Positions 31,405 to 52,060 of a stretch of 64,000 nt of DNA are shown here, one piece after another. Position 1 is the first letter of the stretch, and every line of letters starts with the position of its first letter. The translations under genes and the position numbers were made by a program. The notes under the pieces were generated by a model that was not told the DNA's origin, made no database searches, and worked only from the letters and a program-made list of their open reading frames with translations. The stretch lies in the NCBI RefSeq assembly GCF_009914755.1, contig NC_060934.1; one strand, given 5' to 3'. This DNA is from the human T2T-CHM13v2.0 reference genome, Homo sapiens.

Positions 31405-32548
31405 TTTTGTAACATTCACCAACTTCTCTCCAATCTCCCCTTACCCCTCTCCTCCCAAGATTCTGGTAACCACTGTTCTACTCTCTACTTCTACGAGATC
31501 AATATTTTTTAGATTCCACTTGAGTGAGATTATGCAGTAATGGTCTTTCTGTGCCTGGCTAATTTTACTTAACATAATGTCTCCCAGGTTCATAAATATT
31601 GTCTCAAATGACAGAATTTCACTCTTTCTTATGGCTGAATAGTATTCTCTTTTGGTTTTATACTACATTTTCTTTATCCATTCATCTGTTGATGGACACT
31701 TAGGTTGTTTCCATAGCTTGGCTATTGTCAATAGTGCTGCAATAAACATGAGAGTTCAGGTACTTTGGAGATGTTGATTTCCTTTCTTTTGGATAGATAC
31801 CCAGAAGTGGGATTGCTGGTTCATAGGGTAGTTATATTTTAATTTTTTGAGAAACCTCTATACTGTTTTCCATAATGATTGTACTAATTTACATTCTCAC
31901 CAACAGTGTGTTAAGATTCCCTTTTCTCCGCATCCTCATCAATACTTTTTATCTTTTATATTTTTTATAATAGTCATTTTGATAATGAGTGAGGTGTCAT
32001 CTCATTGTGTTCTCTTTTTTAAATTGACACATAATGCACATATTCGGGGGTATATAATGATGCTTCAATTCATACAATGCATAGTGATCAGATCAGGGTG
32101 ATTAGCATAGCCATCACCTCAAAGTTTATCATTTATTTGTCTTGGGAATGTTCAATATCTTCCTATTAGCTATCTGAAATGATATAGTATATTATTGTTA
32201 GCTATAGTCATCCTACAGCGCTGCAGGACACTAGAACTTATTCCTTCTATCTAGTGAGCCATTGTGGTTTTGATTTGCAATTCTCTGATGATTACTGATG
32301 TTAGGAGAAATAAATTCTGGTAATCTATTGACCATCGGGCAAACTATAGTTAACAATAATATACTGTATATTTCATAATAGCTAGAAGAGAGGTTTCTGA
32401 ATGTTCTCACCACAAGGAAATTACAAATGTATGACATGATGGATATGCTCATTACCCTGATTTGATCATTATACAACGTATATGTGCATGAAAATACCAC
32501 ATTGTACCACCCATAAATATGTACAATTATTGTGTCAATTTAAAAAAA
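31405..32548. mobile_element. 5'-inverted L1MA 3' fragment (minus 31405-32300, plus 32301-32548) containing a second L1MA 3' fragment (32015-32254, minus)
   Basis: L1MA 3'UTR motifs occur on both strands with a junction at about 32300. The inner insert is flanked by duplicated cattgtg(t/g)tt. Confidence 0.75.
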
Positions 32549-33574
32549 GAAAATGGGTTTTAAGAAATGCATAAAGAAACTCCATTAACTCAGATCTAAA
32601 ATTCATAAGGATCTTTTGGTCATTCACTGTATATACCCACAATTTTCATTTAGTTCAGGACTACTGTAAATTCTCACTGTGCCTCCAAAACCAAAAGGAA
32701 ATTGTAAGTGATAATCCATTGCTCTGTCTATGCTGGAGTTAGAACCAGAACCAGCTCTTCCACGGTGAGGTAAATGTCTCCTGTTGTGCTATCTTCCTAG
32801 CTCTGAGCACCAGGCCTGGTAAGTACTCATGAAGGAAGAAGGGAAGGGAAGGAGGAAAGAGCAAAGGAGCAAGGGAGAGAAGAAGGAAGAGAGAAAGAAA
32901 AAGGGAGAGGGGAGAAAATGAGTTATTTAGAATTACACACACATACACAAAAAGTGAACCTCAAAATTTTTAATATTTTAAACTATGACCTGAGTAGCTA
33001 TCTCCATAACACAAAGCCAATTCTTTTCATTCTGTTGTTAAATTATTAAAAGCTGGCTGAGCCCTTTAATTCACAGTTTACTCCCCAGGCAGATATTCAA
33101 ACAGAAAAATAAATATAATAACAGCTGATCCTTCACAGTCCTCATTTGCTTGCCTGTTGCAAACCACTTTAATTATTTTGTTTGCAATACCTATTTGTTT
33201 ATCTCAGGAGAATATTTAAATCCACTTCTGTTTGTGCACAACTATCCCTACCACTAGGAAAATGAGACCTTATGTTTCACATTAACACCTCATTTTTTTT
33301 ATCCCTGAGGAGCTGACAGAGAATTATAATTTTAATTGCATATATAATTTAAAATCCTAAAAAATTACCACAAAAAACTTTCCAAAGATGATTTAGAAAT
33401 AAAATTGCATGGCCCAGAGCCCTTAAGTGTCATGATTCTGGAGTTTATAGCCCTGTATTTAACATATCCAATCCTTACATCTGAACAAGACCCAATTTTG
33501 TAGACCCAAGTGTAAAGATAAAAAACATACATTCAGAAGGAAATATAGCATGATAATTAAGAGTGCAAATGCTG

Positions 33575-36500
33575 GCTGTGGTGGATTAATAAGGGCTGAA
33601 TTTACCTGTCATGTTAAACAACTAAAAACAAACAAAATATATGCAACAAGTTTTCAGACATTGGATAACAGGCATAACTAGACATACATAACTAAACCCC
33701 CTGAATCCAGGGAAAGGACCATCTGAAAGGAGCAGGTGCAGCAATCCTTAGAAATAGGCCAAATTAGCAACAGACTAAAGAGATCTGCATAACAAAGCTC
33801 CAAAGCAAGTCTTGAAACATCAAAATATTCAAAGTAATTCAGCTGTGTCCCAAGGAGGGAGAAAGTCTTTAAAGGACTAACAATGAATCAAGCACCCAAC
33901 CATGTAAAAGCATAATGTCTGGCATCTAATCAAAAATTATCAGGCACATAAAGAAGTAAGAAAATACAATCCATAATGAGGATATGTCAATATCCTCAAT
34001 CAATCCTCAATCAATCAATAGAAACACACCCAGAAATAATGCAGATGGTAGATGGTAATTAGGAAAACAGGACATTAAAATAGATATTATAAATATTATA
34101 AACATATACCATATGTAAAGAAGATAGAGCAAAACATGCATGATAGGGAGAAAAATAAAAGGCACAAATTGGATTTAACAAATAGAATATGTAATGCCTG
34201 AGATGAAAAATACACTGGATAAAATTAACAGCACATTAGACACTGTAGAAGAAAAGTCGATGAACTTGAAAGTATGGCAACAGAAACTACTCAAAATGAA
34301 TCATGGAGATAAAAAAAAAACAAAAAAAAAAACAGGAAAAAGATCAACAGAGCATTAGTGAGAATAGAATAATTTCAAGCAGCCTAATATACAAGTCATT
34401 CAAGTCCATGAGGGAGAAGAGAGAGAAGGGGATACAGAAAAAAGTACTTGAGAAAATAATTGCCAAAAAGTTTCCAAGTTTGATGAAGAACACACATAAT
34501 TAAGCACATAACCAAAGAGAGGCAAAGAAAAAATCCTAAAAGCAGCTAGAAGAAGAAGATCCGATATGCAGGGAGAAATAAAACTAAGATTAAGAGCTGA
34601 GTCCTCATCAAGGCAAGCCTGAAGTCCGTGATACATCTTTTAAGTATGAAAAGAAAAAAAAAGAAAACTATGTTTTTCCTAGATTTTTATACATGCAAAA
34701 CTAAAGCAAAGACGTTTTTAGAAAAATAAAAGGTAAAAAAAAAAATCTTCAGGAAAAAAAGATAATCTAAATAGTCCTAGATCTGCTAAAAAAATAGAAT
34801 GTGTTCTTAAAATCTTTCCATGAAGGGTATTCAGAGGAACCTTTTCAGACCCAGATAACGTCATTGGTGAATTCTACATGCATTTATGGAAGAAAGAATA
34901 CCAATTTTACACAAACACTTTCAGAAAATTGAAGAGGAGGAAACATATTGCAACTCATGTCAGGAGGCCATCACTACCCTGATAACAAAACCAGACAAAG
35001 GGTTTACAGGATAAGAAACTGAAGCCAATTTTTGTATCTCTGGGCATAGATACAAAATTTACAGATTTAAAATTTCTTTAAAATATCTTAGCCAATACTT
35101 TAGCTAAAATATTTTAATTTTGAATCCAACATTTTCTTGAAAAAAGACAAAAATATTCATCCCAGGACTGCAGGTTGGTTTTACACTTGAAAGTGAATCA
35201 ATTTAGTTCTCCACCCTAACAGAATAAAAAAGACAAAACGTGATTATCTCAATAGATGCACAAAAAATATTTGGCAAAATTCAAGATCCAATTATGTTAA
35301 AAACTCTCAGCAAACTAGGAATAAAAGAAAACTTCTTCAACATGATAAAGGATATCAACAATCAACCTACATCTAACATCATCATTAATGATAAAAGGCT
35401 GAATTTTTTCCCCTAAGAGCAGGAAAAAGGCATAGATATCCGCTACTATTACTTCTACTCAACATTGTGCTGGAGGTTCTAGTCAGGGCACCAGGGCTAG
35501 AAAAATAAGTGAGAGAGATCCAGATTGGAAAGGAATAAGAATAGTTCACTATATTCAGGGATGGCATGATAGTCTATATCGAAAAATCCCAGGAAATCTA
35601 AAACAAAAACCTACCAGAACTAAGAAGTGAATTTAGCAAGATTAGGAACACAAGGTCAATATCCAGAAACCAGTTGTATTGCTACATGCTAGTAACAAAC
35701 AATTGCAAATCTAAATGAAAAAAGAAACACCATTTACAATTATAGGAAACTTATTAGATATTTGGAGACTAATTTAACAACAAGACCTGTACACTTAACA
35801 GTGTAAAACATTGCTAAAAATAATTAAGAAAGACCTAAATAAATGAAAAGATATGCTTTGTTCATGAATTAGAAGACAATATTGTTAAGATGCCAATTCA
35901 ACACAATTGAAATTAAATCCTAGCAGGATTTTTCTAGAAACTGACAAGTTAATTCTAAAATGCGTATGGAAATGCAGGGCCTCAACTAGGGTAAGGCACT
36001 ATCACAAACTTCAGAGTGAATTCCTCTTAAATTTTGTGTCCTGAGTGCCTCACTTGTCTCACCCTAGTCCCACACCTGTGAAAATGTGAAGAACCTAGAA
36101 AGGTGAAAACGACATTTCAAAAACAGGACAAGGTACAGAACTTTCTCCTCTTGATTTCAAAGTTAACTGTAATGCTACAGTTATTGAGATAGTGTGGCAC
36201 TGCTGGGACAATAGACAATCCTTCCACCAGTCAATGGTCAATGAAACAGAAAAGAAAGTCCAAGAATAGATACACATACTGAAGGGCAATTGATTTTTGA
36301 CAAAAGATCCAAAGTAGAAAGGATATTTTCAATGGCTGGTGCTGGAAAAATTAAATAACTATATAAAAAAATAAAATAAGGATTAATCTTAACCCTTACC
36401 TCATATCATATGCAAAAATTAACCGCCAATATACACAACAACATGCGTGTGTCTCAAAATCAATATGCTGAGTGAAATAAGCTCCACAAAAAAAGAGTAT

Positions 36501-36765
36501 AATACAGGTATGATTCCATTGATATAAAATTCTAGGAAATGTAATCTACAGTGACAGAAAGGAGATCAGAGGTTGTCTTGAGATTAGGTAGAGGTAGAAA
36601 TTATATGGGGCAGGAGGAAATTTTTGTGGGTTATGCAAAGATGCATTATCATGATTGTGGTGATGATTTTACAAATGTATATTTCAAAACTCCAAGTCGT
36701 ACTTATCAGATTGTGCAGGTTTTTTAAGTGTCAATTGTACTTTTAAAAGTTTATAAAATAACAGC
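33575..36765 (+). mobile_element. Old L1MC/L1MD-type element, heavily deleted
   Basis: A-rich, with decayed ORF1/ORF2 motifs (gattatctcaatagatgcac, caacattgtgctggaggttctag) and an L1MC/MD-like 3' end. Confidence 0.75.
35975..36078. mobile_element. Small hAT MITE (MER96/MER53-like) nested in L1
   Basis: Imperfect TIRs CAGGGCCTCAACTAGGGT / ACCCTAGTCCCACACCTG and an 8-bp TSD tggaaatg / tgaaaatg. Confidence 0.65.
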
Positions 36766-36805
36766 AGTGTAGGCATTGGAATCAGACTACTTTTGCTCAG
36801 ATCTA

Positions 36806-37143
<338 letters not shown>

Positions 37144-39714
37144 GTAAAATATAACTCACCCTGCACAGAACCTATAACCTTCATCTCCTTTCAACACTTG
37201 CTACTTGAAGGTGCTTGTTTTTGCACTAACCGTTGGTCCTCCCTGACATCAGTTTAATCAACTCTCAGCAGCTCCTGTTAGCCCCACCTTTGAAACTCCT
37301 GAGCCTGAATCCATCTCACCACCTCCATTTGAACCATCCTGGTCCACATCCCATCATCTCTAATAAAGGCTCCACCTTTTTTCCTTTTTCCTACCCCTTC
37401 TCATCCCAACCCCCATGATATATCTTCAACACGGATGTCAGGGTGGTCCTTCAAAAACATAATTCACATCACATCATTTCTCAATACAAAATGCTCTAGT
37501 GTCTCCTCAGCTCAATCAGAAGACAAGCCAAGTCCTTGTGGGAGCAGATGCCACAGAATATCCTCCCACCCATGCTCATATGTTATCACCTTGGACTCTA
37601 AGCCACTGCCCCATTATTAACTGTCTGTCCACATTTCATCCACAAGCCATCACCACATTTCCCAGTTCTTGTGGTTCCTGGCTATGACTGCTTCTCATCT
37701 GGGGTACACATCTCTCCCAGTACTGTGTGGTGTGAGCTGAGGGACAAAAACCTAATGGTTAACAGAACCCATCTTCCTGCAGCCAATATTTGGGTGGAAG
37801 AAATGGCTTTTCATATTAAACTGAACCATTAAGCTAAATTGAAAATTTTCTTTGAGGCACATAGTCTTAATGATATGAAATTCCATAGTGAAGTACCTGA
37901 CCCAGATGCAGATGATCCGAGGAAAATGAGAATCAGTTTCTTGACTCCAAAAATGCTCAGCCACAAGGAGGATATAAAAGGGCCACAAGAGTCAAAATTA
38001 TGGGAAAGAGGATTTAGTGAGAAACATCTCTCTGGGGGAAAAACGAACATGGACATGTTGTCACTCCCACAAGGGTGAGGAGAGTGCCTGCCCCTCACTG
38101 CAAGTCTTCTTGGTGGGGCCATTGAAAGTTCAACATAAGACAGCCAGGACTTTAAACAAGCAGGATTCTTTGCAGTAAATCATAAAAGCTACTTTACATT
38201 GTCTTCCACTGGCTCTTTGAATCTGTTCATTCATTCACTTCTATTGGATAAGAATTTCATCTGTCGGATGAAGTTTCGTGGCTTTTCTGTCTATTTCTAG
38301 TTAACAGGAAGTTCTGTCACTTTAAGTTGCAAAGCCAAGTTTTGATTCAGCTATTAAAATGATCTACCCAATATAATAATCAGAACTTTTACTTGGCTTG
38401 ATGCGGAAATTTTGACCCTTTAAGGACAAAAATCAACATGTATCTTCCATTAAGTTAGAGCTGGGCTGGTTCAAAGGCAGTACTGCATGAAGGTAACACA
38501 GGGTTTGGAATCAGACCAACTTGAGCTTAAAATTCCAGCTTGTCTTTATATTGTTGTGATACCTCAGACCTTTTCTGAACTTCAACTTCATCACCTCTAC
38601 TGGATTTTTAATAATCTCTCTCTTATAAGGTTGTTGTGTGGATAAAGCTATATAAAACTAACACATCTGTGCAAAGGACATAGGCAACCATGTCACAAAA
38701 TAGAAGTAGACGTGATGATCAATCAAGAAATATTAAAAGTGTTTGACTTAGCTAATAAGCAAAGAAATACAAATTAAACAATGCAGTGCACCTTTTTATC
38801 TAAAATATTGGTAAAAACAAATAACAATTTATTATATTCATGTCACAAGATGCAAGAGTAAGATGAGACAGGCACTATGATAAAAGCAGTTCAGACTCTT
38901 TGAGTTTCCATACTTTGAAATAGTAATATTATCATCAGAAGGAGACATCAAGAGATCTAGGTATAAGGATGTTGATTGCAGCATAATTTACAATAGCATT
39001 AACCAAGCTAAGTTTCCAACAAAGGAGAAGATTTGCATAAATTATGATTCCTCCAATGACAGAATACTAGAAGGTCATTAAATATTATTTCAAATGCTAT
39101 TTACTGACATGATAAATTGTTAATGATACATTATTAATTGAAAACAGTGAGACACAAAACTGAACATAACAGTAAAATCTCAATGAGGCAAAATAAATGA
39201 CGTATATAAGGCTGTTTGAAAGGATAATTTATTGGTATATTAATTTGTATTTTATTTTATTATTATAGAAGGAGCAGAAGGAATTAGAGCAATTTTTCTC
39301 TGCTTTGCTTCTATCCCTGCCCCTCCCACTTCATTATACACACACCCAGACACACCTACACAGTGGTAAGCAGCACTTATGCCCTAGAAAGTTTATGCTC
39401 TTCTTTCTCCCAAGATATTTTCTTTCAAAAAATAGGCAAACTGTCATAATGGTTGGCTGGGAAGTTCTCTGTGGCTTGGAGAATGGGGATAGGTAAAATG
39501 GCCTGAGCCAGGAAACCTCCAGGGAAGATGGGGAGGGAACCAGAGGAGAAGCCTTGGATTAACCCATCCCCAATACACTGGCCCCTCAGGAAGGCTTGGC
39601 CATAGGCATGGGGTCTCTCATGCTCGGAAAACATATCATCATGCCTGAGGCCCAAAGTGGCTTGGAGTTAATGTTATTGAGTGCCTACAGAAGTCTTTCT
39701 TTTTATGATGATGA

Positions 39715-41555
39715 TGATGGTGACAAATAAAATGTTATATATTTATGATGTACAACATGACATTTTGATATATGTATACATTGTGGATTGGTTAAATCAA
39801 GCTAATTAATTGATCCATTATCAATTTTTTTGTGATGAGAACATTTAAAATCTTTCTTAGCATTCTTCAAATATTCAATACATTCTTGTCAGCTATCGTA
39901 ACCATACTGTACAATAGATCCCCTGAACTGGTAATTCTTTCTAACTGAAATTTTGATTCCTTGGACCACCATCTCCCCAACCCCCCACTGTCACTCTGGC
40001 CCACGGCATCTCACCCTTCTTCTCTCTGCTTCTATAAGTTCAACTTTTTTGGATTCCACATGCAGTCACACATTGCTTAATGACAGGGATATGTTCTGAG
40101 AAATGTGTTGTTAGATGATTGTGTCATTGTGAGAACATCATAGAGGGTACTTACACAGACCTAGATGGAACAGCCAACTGCACACCTAGGCTATATGGCA
40201 TAGCCTACTGTTCTTAGGCTACAAACCTATACAGCATGTTACCGTACTGACTATTGCAGGCAACTGTAACCCAATGGTATTTGTGTATCTGAATATAGCT
40301 AGACATAGAAAAGGTATAGTAAAAATATGCTATGAAAGATAAAAAATTGTACAACTGTATAGGACACTTACGATGAATGGAGCTTGCAGAACAGGAAGTT
40401 GCTCTGGGTGAGTTAGTGGGTGAGTGTTGAGTAACTGTGAAGGCTCAGGACATTACTGTACACTACTATAGAGGCTATGAACACTAAACATAGGCAACAC
40501 TAAAATTTATTTTTAAAATTTTTCTTCAAAAATAAATTAACTTTAACTTATTATAACTTTTTTACTTTATAAACTTAACTATTTTAACTTTTTGACTCCT
40601 ATAGTAACACTTAGTTTACAACACAAACACAATGTATAGCTATACAAAATATTGTTTTCTTTATATACTTATTCTATAAGCTTTTTTCTATTTTTAAAAT
40701 TTCTTTAAAACTTTTTTGTTAAAAACTAAGACACTTAGGCCTACACAGGGTCAGGATCAACAATATCACTCTCTTCCACCTCCACATCTTGTCTCACTAG
40801 AAGGTCTTCAGGGGCAATAGCATGCATGGAGCTGTCATCTTTTATGATGACAATGCTTTATTCTGGAATATCTCCTGAAAGATCTGCCTCAGGCTGTTTT
40901 ACAGTTAACTTTCTTCTTTGTAACTAGAAGAGGTACACTCTAAAATAACAATAAAAAAATACCATAGTAAATATATAAACCAATAGTATAGTCGCCTATT
41001 ATTATTCTCAAGTATTATGGACTGCACCTAATTGTATGTACTCTACTTTCTTTACATGACTGGCAGCACAGTAGGTTTGTTTATACCAGCATCACCATGA
41101 ACATTGGAGTAATGTACTGCACTATGACATTAGGATGGCTACAAAGCCATTAGGTGACAGGAATTTCTCAGCTCCACTAAAATCTTATGGGACTGCTGTT
41201 GTACATAGGGTTCATGGTTGACAGAAGCATAATTCTGTAACACAGAAGTGTATAAGTGAGGTCATGCCATATTTGTCTTTCTACGCCTAGCTTATTTGAC
41301 TTAACATAGTGTCCTCCAGGCTCATCCATGTTGTCAATAACAAGATTTCCTTCCTTTTTAAGGCTGAATAGAATTCCTTTGTGTAGATAGACCACATTTT
41401 CTGTATCCATTCAACTACTGATGGACACTTAGGTTGATTCCATATCTTGCTATTGTGAATAGCGCTGCAATCCACATGAGAGTGCAGATATCCCTTTGAT
41501 ACACTGATTTCATTTCCATTGGATGTATACCCAGTAGTGGGACTGCTGAGTCTAC
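39715..41555 (-). mobile_element. L1MA 3' fragment interrupted by Tigger3b
   Basis: Antisense L1MA 3'UTR; ggattccaca (40060) resumes as tataagtgaggtcatg (41251). Confidence 0.8.
40063..41250 (+). mobile_element. Tigger3b (Golem_B)-type DNA transposon, ~1.19 kb
   Basis: Starts cagtcacacattgcttaatgacagggatatgttctgagaaatg and ends before TA at 41251. It sits in a TA site of L1MA. Confidence 0.85.
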
Positions 41556-43303
41556 AGACATCTTTCTATGATTGATCTTGTTAGTGTAAAATCCAGGAAC
41601 CTTTGCATATCCTTCAGGAGGGCAGAAAGGAAGCAATCCTATTATAACTGAGATCAAGTTTCTTGCCATCCCTTTAATTGGGTAAATTTAATTTGTTTTA
41701 AGATAATATCTATAAAGCATCCAAAGCAGGGCCTGGCACACAGTAGGCACTCAGCAATGTGTCTTCCCTTGCTTCTGAGGGCAACCCCTCGGCTTGCTAT
41801 TCTTGCCATGCCCACAGCAAGCAGAAACCTAAACATGGGGAGGCACTTGTTCAGATCCCCATGGGCCTCACACAGTGGGCTTTTCAGCAATTCTTGAGTA
41901 AGAGGAGTATCAGGCGTGAAAGTACCCAGAAGGTTCAGCCCCTCATTGCCTCAGTAGCTGACAAGCTGGCCTCTAGGGCTGCTGGAAACTGCATCCTAGT
42001 TCCAATCACTGGCAGTTAAACTGCCTCCTCACTTTCCTTTCCAAAACTGCATAATATTCATTTGGGATTCTCCAGCCACCTCTAAGAGACAGCTGCCTCA
42101 ATGTATGTAGCATCCCCTGGTTTGAGGCAGTAGGAAAGAGAATGAAAGCTGAGACTACAGTCTCTGTAAACCCTCAAACATCCCTTAAGACACTCACAGA
42201 AAGAGGTTCTGGTGGTTTGAACTATCTCCTGCCTCTGCTTCTCTGTTCCAGCTTTGAAAGGACCCTTCCTGGGGAGCTCCACCAGGGGCCTGTAATTTCC
42301 CATGCTGTGTGAAGGCAGCAGCCACGTGTGAATGTGTGTGTGTACATGTGCGTGCAGGCGCGCTTGCTTCTCCTCTGTGTGGTGCATAATGATTATCCAG
42401 ACTGGCGAAGGAGGTGTAATAACAGGGTAGAAGGCACAGATAATAGGGCCTTTCTGGCACAAGCAGCAAGTTCATCTGAATCCACCAGAATCCATTTGCT
42501 GGAAGACAGATGGATAGGAATGCGGAAAGGTAGACACCAACCTTTAGTTTTCAAATACATTTGCTGCATATGGTAATTAAAGCTATTTTTAAAACTCCCT
42601 AAGTGTCAGCACTCCCTTTCCCAAGCATTTTTCTGTCAAAACTCTGCAAAACGGCAATACACTTGTTGGGAACAATTGATTCATATCTAAAAACATGGAG
42701 TCTGATTCCATAGCAATGGCAGGTTGTCTGTCTACAGGGAGTTGGAACTTGAACTGTAGAGGATCTGGAGTGGCTCCCACAGCCTTGGCTGAGCTGTAAT
42801 TTAGTGATCCATGGACACATGTTTCTCATCCATGACACTCTAAGCTCTCTGAGGGTGAGGGACTCATCTTTCAAATTCTTATGAGCATCCCTGGTGCTTC
42901 ACAGGTGTTCAGTACATGTATGACGAATGAACAATAGCTTGTCAAGAGTTACATATCATGGGAGGGAGAGAGGCCATGAAGGAAAAAGATAAGGATCACT
43001 GAAGAATCACAGAGTAAGTTATATGCAGTGTGGAAAGAAGGAAAGACCATGGAAGACATTAATAAGTATTGCAAAAAGTGGAGGAGGCAGTAATTTGAAC
43101 TGTCTTAAAGGATGCATGAGACTTCAGGAAGAACTAGGGTCGCAGCAGGCCCAGAACAGAACTATAAATGCTGCGACGCGGATTCATAACAAGTAACAAG
43201 AGGAATTAATTCCTCAAGTCAGTGTGTTTTTATTTACTAAAGTACAAAGGCAAACTTTCCCACAGGATGTGAGTCACTTGTTACAAAGAAGAGCTATCTT
43301 TTA

Positions 43304-43331
43304 TTTATTTATTCATTTATTTTATTTTATT

Positions 43332-43362
<31 letters not shown>

Positions 43363-43614
43363 TTTTGAGACAGAGTCTCGCTCTGTCGCCCAGGCTGGAG
43401 TGCAGTGGCATGATCTTGGCTTACTGCCAAGCTCTGCCTCATGGGTTCACGCCATTCTCCCACCTCAGCCTCCCGAGTAGCTGGGACTACAGGTGCCCGC
43501 CACCATGCCCGGCTAATTGTTTTTGTATTTTTAGTAGAGACGGGGTTTCACCGTGTTAGCCAGGATGGTCTCAATCTCCTGACCTCGTGATCTGCCCGCC
43601 TTGGCCTCCCAAAG
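43304..43614 (-). mobile_element. AluY, 5'-truncated by about 37 nt, with 17-bp TSD
   Basis: AluY diagnostics (gggttcacgccattctcc, ccgtgttagccaggatggtctc, gacctcgtgatc). The TSD aagaagagctatctttt occurs at 43286 and 43615, at a TT/AAAA endonuclease site. Confidence 0.93.
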
Positions 43615-44222
43615 AAGAAGAGCTATCTTTTAAGCGTGCTTGCTGTCTGCCTGACACTGTGTTAGGCCACTTCCTATATGTTAGCTCATTTAATCTTCAT
43701 GACTGTCCTAGGAGGTAACTATCACAAAGTCTACTGAGTAAATGATGAAAATATGGCTCAAGGAAGGAAATAAAACAGTCACAGAAGTGGTCAGTATTGC
43801 AGCCAGAATCATATCCATGGTGTGTTCCCAAAGACTGTGATCTAAAGCACAATGGTATGTCACTTCTTCCTCGGTCCTGCTCCCAAAACCCATCATCTGT
43901 GCAGCTGCAAACACCGTCTCCACAGGGCTTTTCAAAGGGCTAAAGAATGATACTGCAGAACAACGATGACCTCATATATCTGCAACCATAAATGTTAAAT
44001 CTCATAGGTTCCTTTACGGCTGAGAAAGAAGAATAGATCTATTGTGATTAACATATAGAAGTGCATTTCCAGTAAATAGGGTTTGTTTCCTTCTGGTATT
44101 CCTCATGGGACATACATAAGCTTGTTTGTGTGGGCTTTTGCAAGGTTCTTTCACGTTTGCCATAATAGATTTTAAAAATAAGGCACTAATGTGCAAAATA
44201 ACATAAAGGGTACAAATCTAAT

Positions 44223-44584
44223 CAAGCAGCTCCCTCTTATCCTCGGGGAATGCATTTCAAGATCCCCAGTGGATGCCTGAAACTGCAGATAGTACCAAAC
44301 CCTATATATACTATAGTTTTTTCTATCTGATAACCTAGTAGTAGGTGACTAATGGGTGGGTGGTGCATACAGTGTGGAGACCCTGGATAAAGGGATGATT
44401 CATATCCTGGGTGGGACAAAGCAGTACAGCGAGAGCTTTCATCACACTATGCAGAAGAGCATGCGATTGAAAAACGTATAAATTATTTATTTATGGAATT
44501 TTCCACTTAATACTTTTGAACCTCAGTTGACAGTGGGTGACTGAAACCATAAAAAGTAAAACCGCAGATAAGGAGGGACAACTG
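44223..44584 (-). mobile_element. MER44A/Tigger7-derived MITE
   Basis: TIR-like ends cagctccctcttatcc / gataaggagggacaactg; interior caagatccccagtggatgcctgaaactgcagatagtacc. Confidence 0.8.
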
Positions 44585-44869
44585 CAATAAATTAACAAAA
44601 GTTTCATAGTAGGACTTTCCATAATACAAACTATATTACTGTTTCTAAGTTATGAAAAATTCAGATATTGCTGGGATTCCATAACTTATTCAGCATTCAA
44701 CCAGTGCTGGGAGTGAGAGGGAAGATAAGGGGGGAGCCGTGTGGCATCGGGTATGGAGTTCTTAAATTCGAAGTCACTCAGATCTCAAGTCCTGATTCTG
44801 CCACTTACTAATTATGTGACATCAAACTGTTTTCTTATCTGTAGGATGGTATAATAGAAGTTGGAGTTC

Positions 44870-46235
44870 TTGAGGGTTCTGTCCTCCCACCTTTCCCGGC
44901 ATTCCCCTTCTAGGTCACGCACCCTCCTGGCAGCATCACCAGACATCATTGACCTCTCCTTCCCTTTGAAATGGTTTCTTCACTTGGCTTCTGGGACCCC
45001 CCCACAACACCTGTCCTCCTCCTCCACCTCAGGCTGCTCCTGGTCAGCATCCATGGTGAGTTTCTCCTCCTTTCTCTGGCTTCACATGCCCCAGAGGTGC
45101 CAGGGTTTGGGCCTCTTCGCATTTTTAGTAATGCAACCCCTCTGTGGTCTCATCCAGTCACATGAGGTTCAATATCCCCTATATGCAGATGGTTCCCAGA
45201 TTCATATCAACAGCTTTACCCTCCCTCTGAACTCCAGACTCATAGAGCCACATGTCTAGTGTCTACATACCATCTCTGTGTAATGGTCTAATAGGTATCT
45301 CAAAATTAACAGATTCAAACCAAATTCCTGATCTTACCCCTGAAATATTCAATCTCCTCATCTCAAGAAATGTCTTCTCTTTTCAGTTCCTGAAGCTAAA
45401 AACAAACAAACAAATGAAAACTCTAGAATCATACTTGATGTTTCTCTTTTCTCATAATCCACATCTAATCCAACAGCAAATCTTATCGGCTCCCCACCCC
45501 AAATATATTCAGAATCCAACTACTTCTTACCTCCTCCATACTACCCCATAGTCCAAACCACCACCCTTCCTTTCCTAGATAATCACAATAGCCTGATAAA
45601 TAGTTTATTTCATCCCTACCCTCCTCACCACCTCACTTACTCTTAAGGCAGCTACCAGGGTATAGTTTCAAAAAAATATATATATATATTGCCCATCTTT
45701 TGCTCAAAACCCTCCTCTTGCTTCCAACTTCACTCAGAATAAGAATCGTGTCTTACAAAGGCCAGAAAAGTTCTACATGACCTGGCCTCCTGCCATGCCT
45801 CTAACCCCTCTCCCACCACTCTCTCCATCACTCACTCTGCTCCAGCCACACTGGCCTCTGTGCCATTCCTAAAGCCTAGCCACAGACTCCCACTCAGAGA
45901 CTTCACACCTGTTCTCTCCTTCAACTGGAATGCTCTTCCTCCAGAAATATGCACAGCATCCTCACTTCCTCACTTCTTCAAGTCCCTGTTCAAATGTTAC
46001 CTCATCAAATAGATTTCTCATGGGCACCCTATGTAAAGTGGAATCCATTCCTTCTCCCAACAGATTTCTCATGGGCACCCTATGTAAAGTAGAATCCACT
46101 CCTTCTCCCTCTTTTTGCCTTACATGATTGTATTACTCTACATAGTATCTAACAAATTCATCAAATTATAAATGTAATAATTATCTGGTCATCTGTCTTG
46201 CCCCATTGAAAATGTGCTCCACAATACCAGGAGTT
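44870..46235 (+). mobile_element. L2 (L2a-like) fragment
   Basis: tcacttggcttctgggac, ccctgaactccagactc, tcactctgctccagccacactggcctc and ggaatgctcttcc are L2 3'-half motifs. Confidence 0.8.
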
Positions 46236-46239
46236 TTCT

Positions 46240-52060
<5,821 letters not shown>

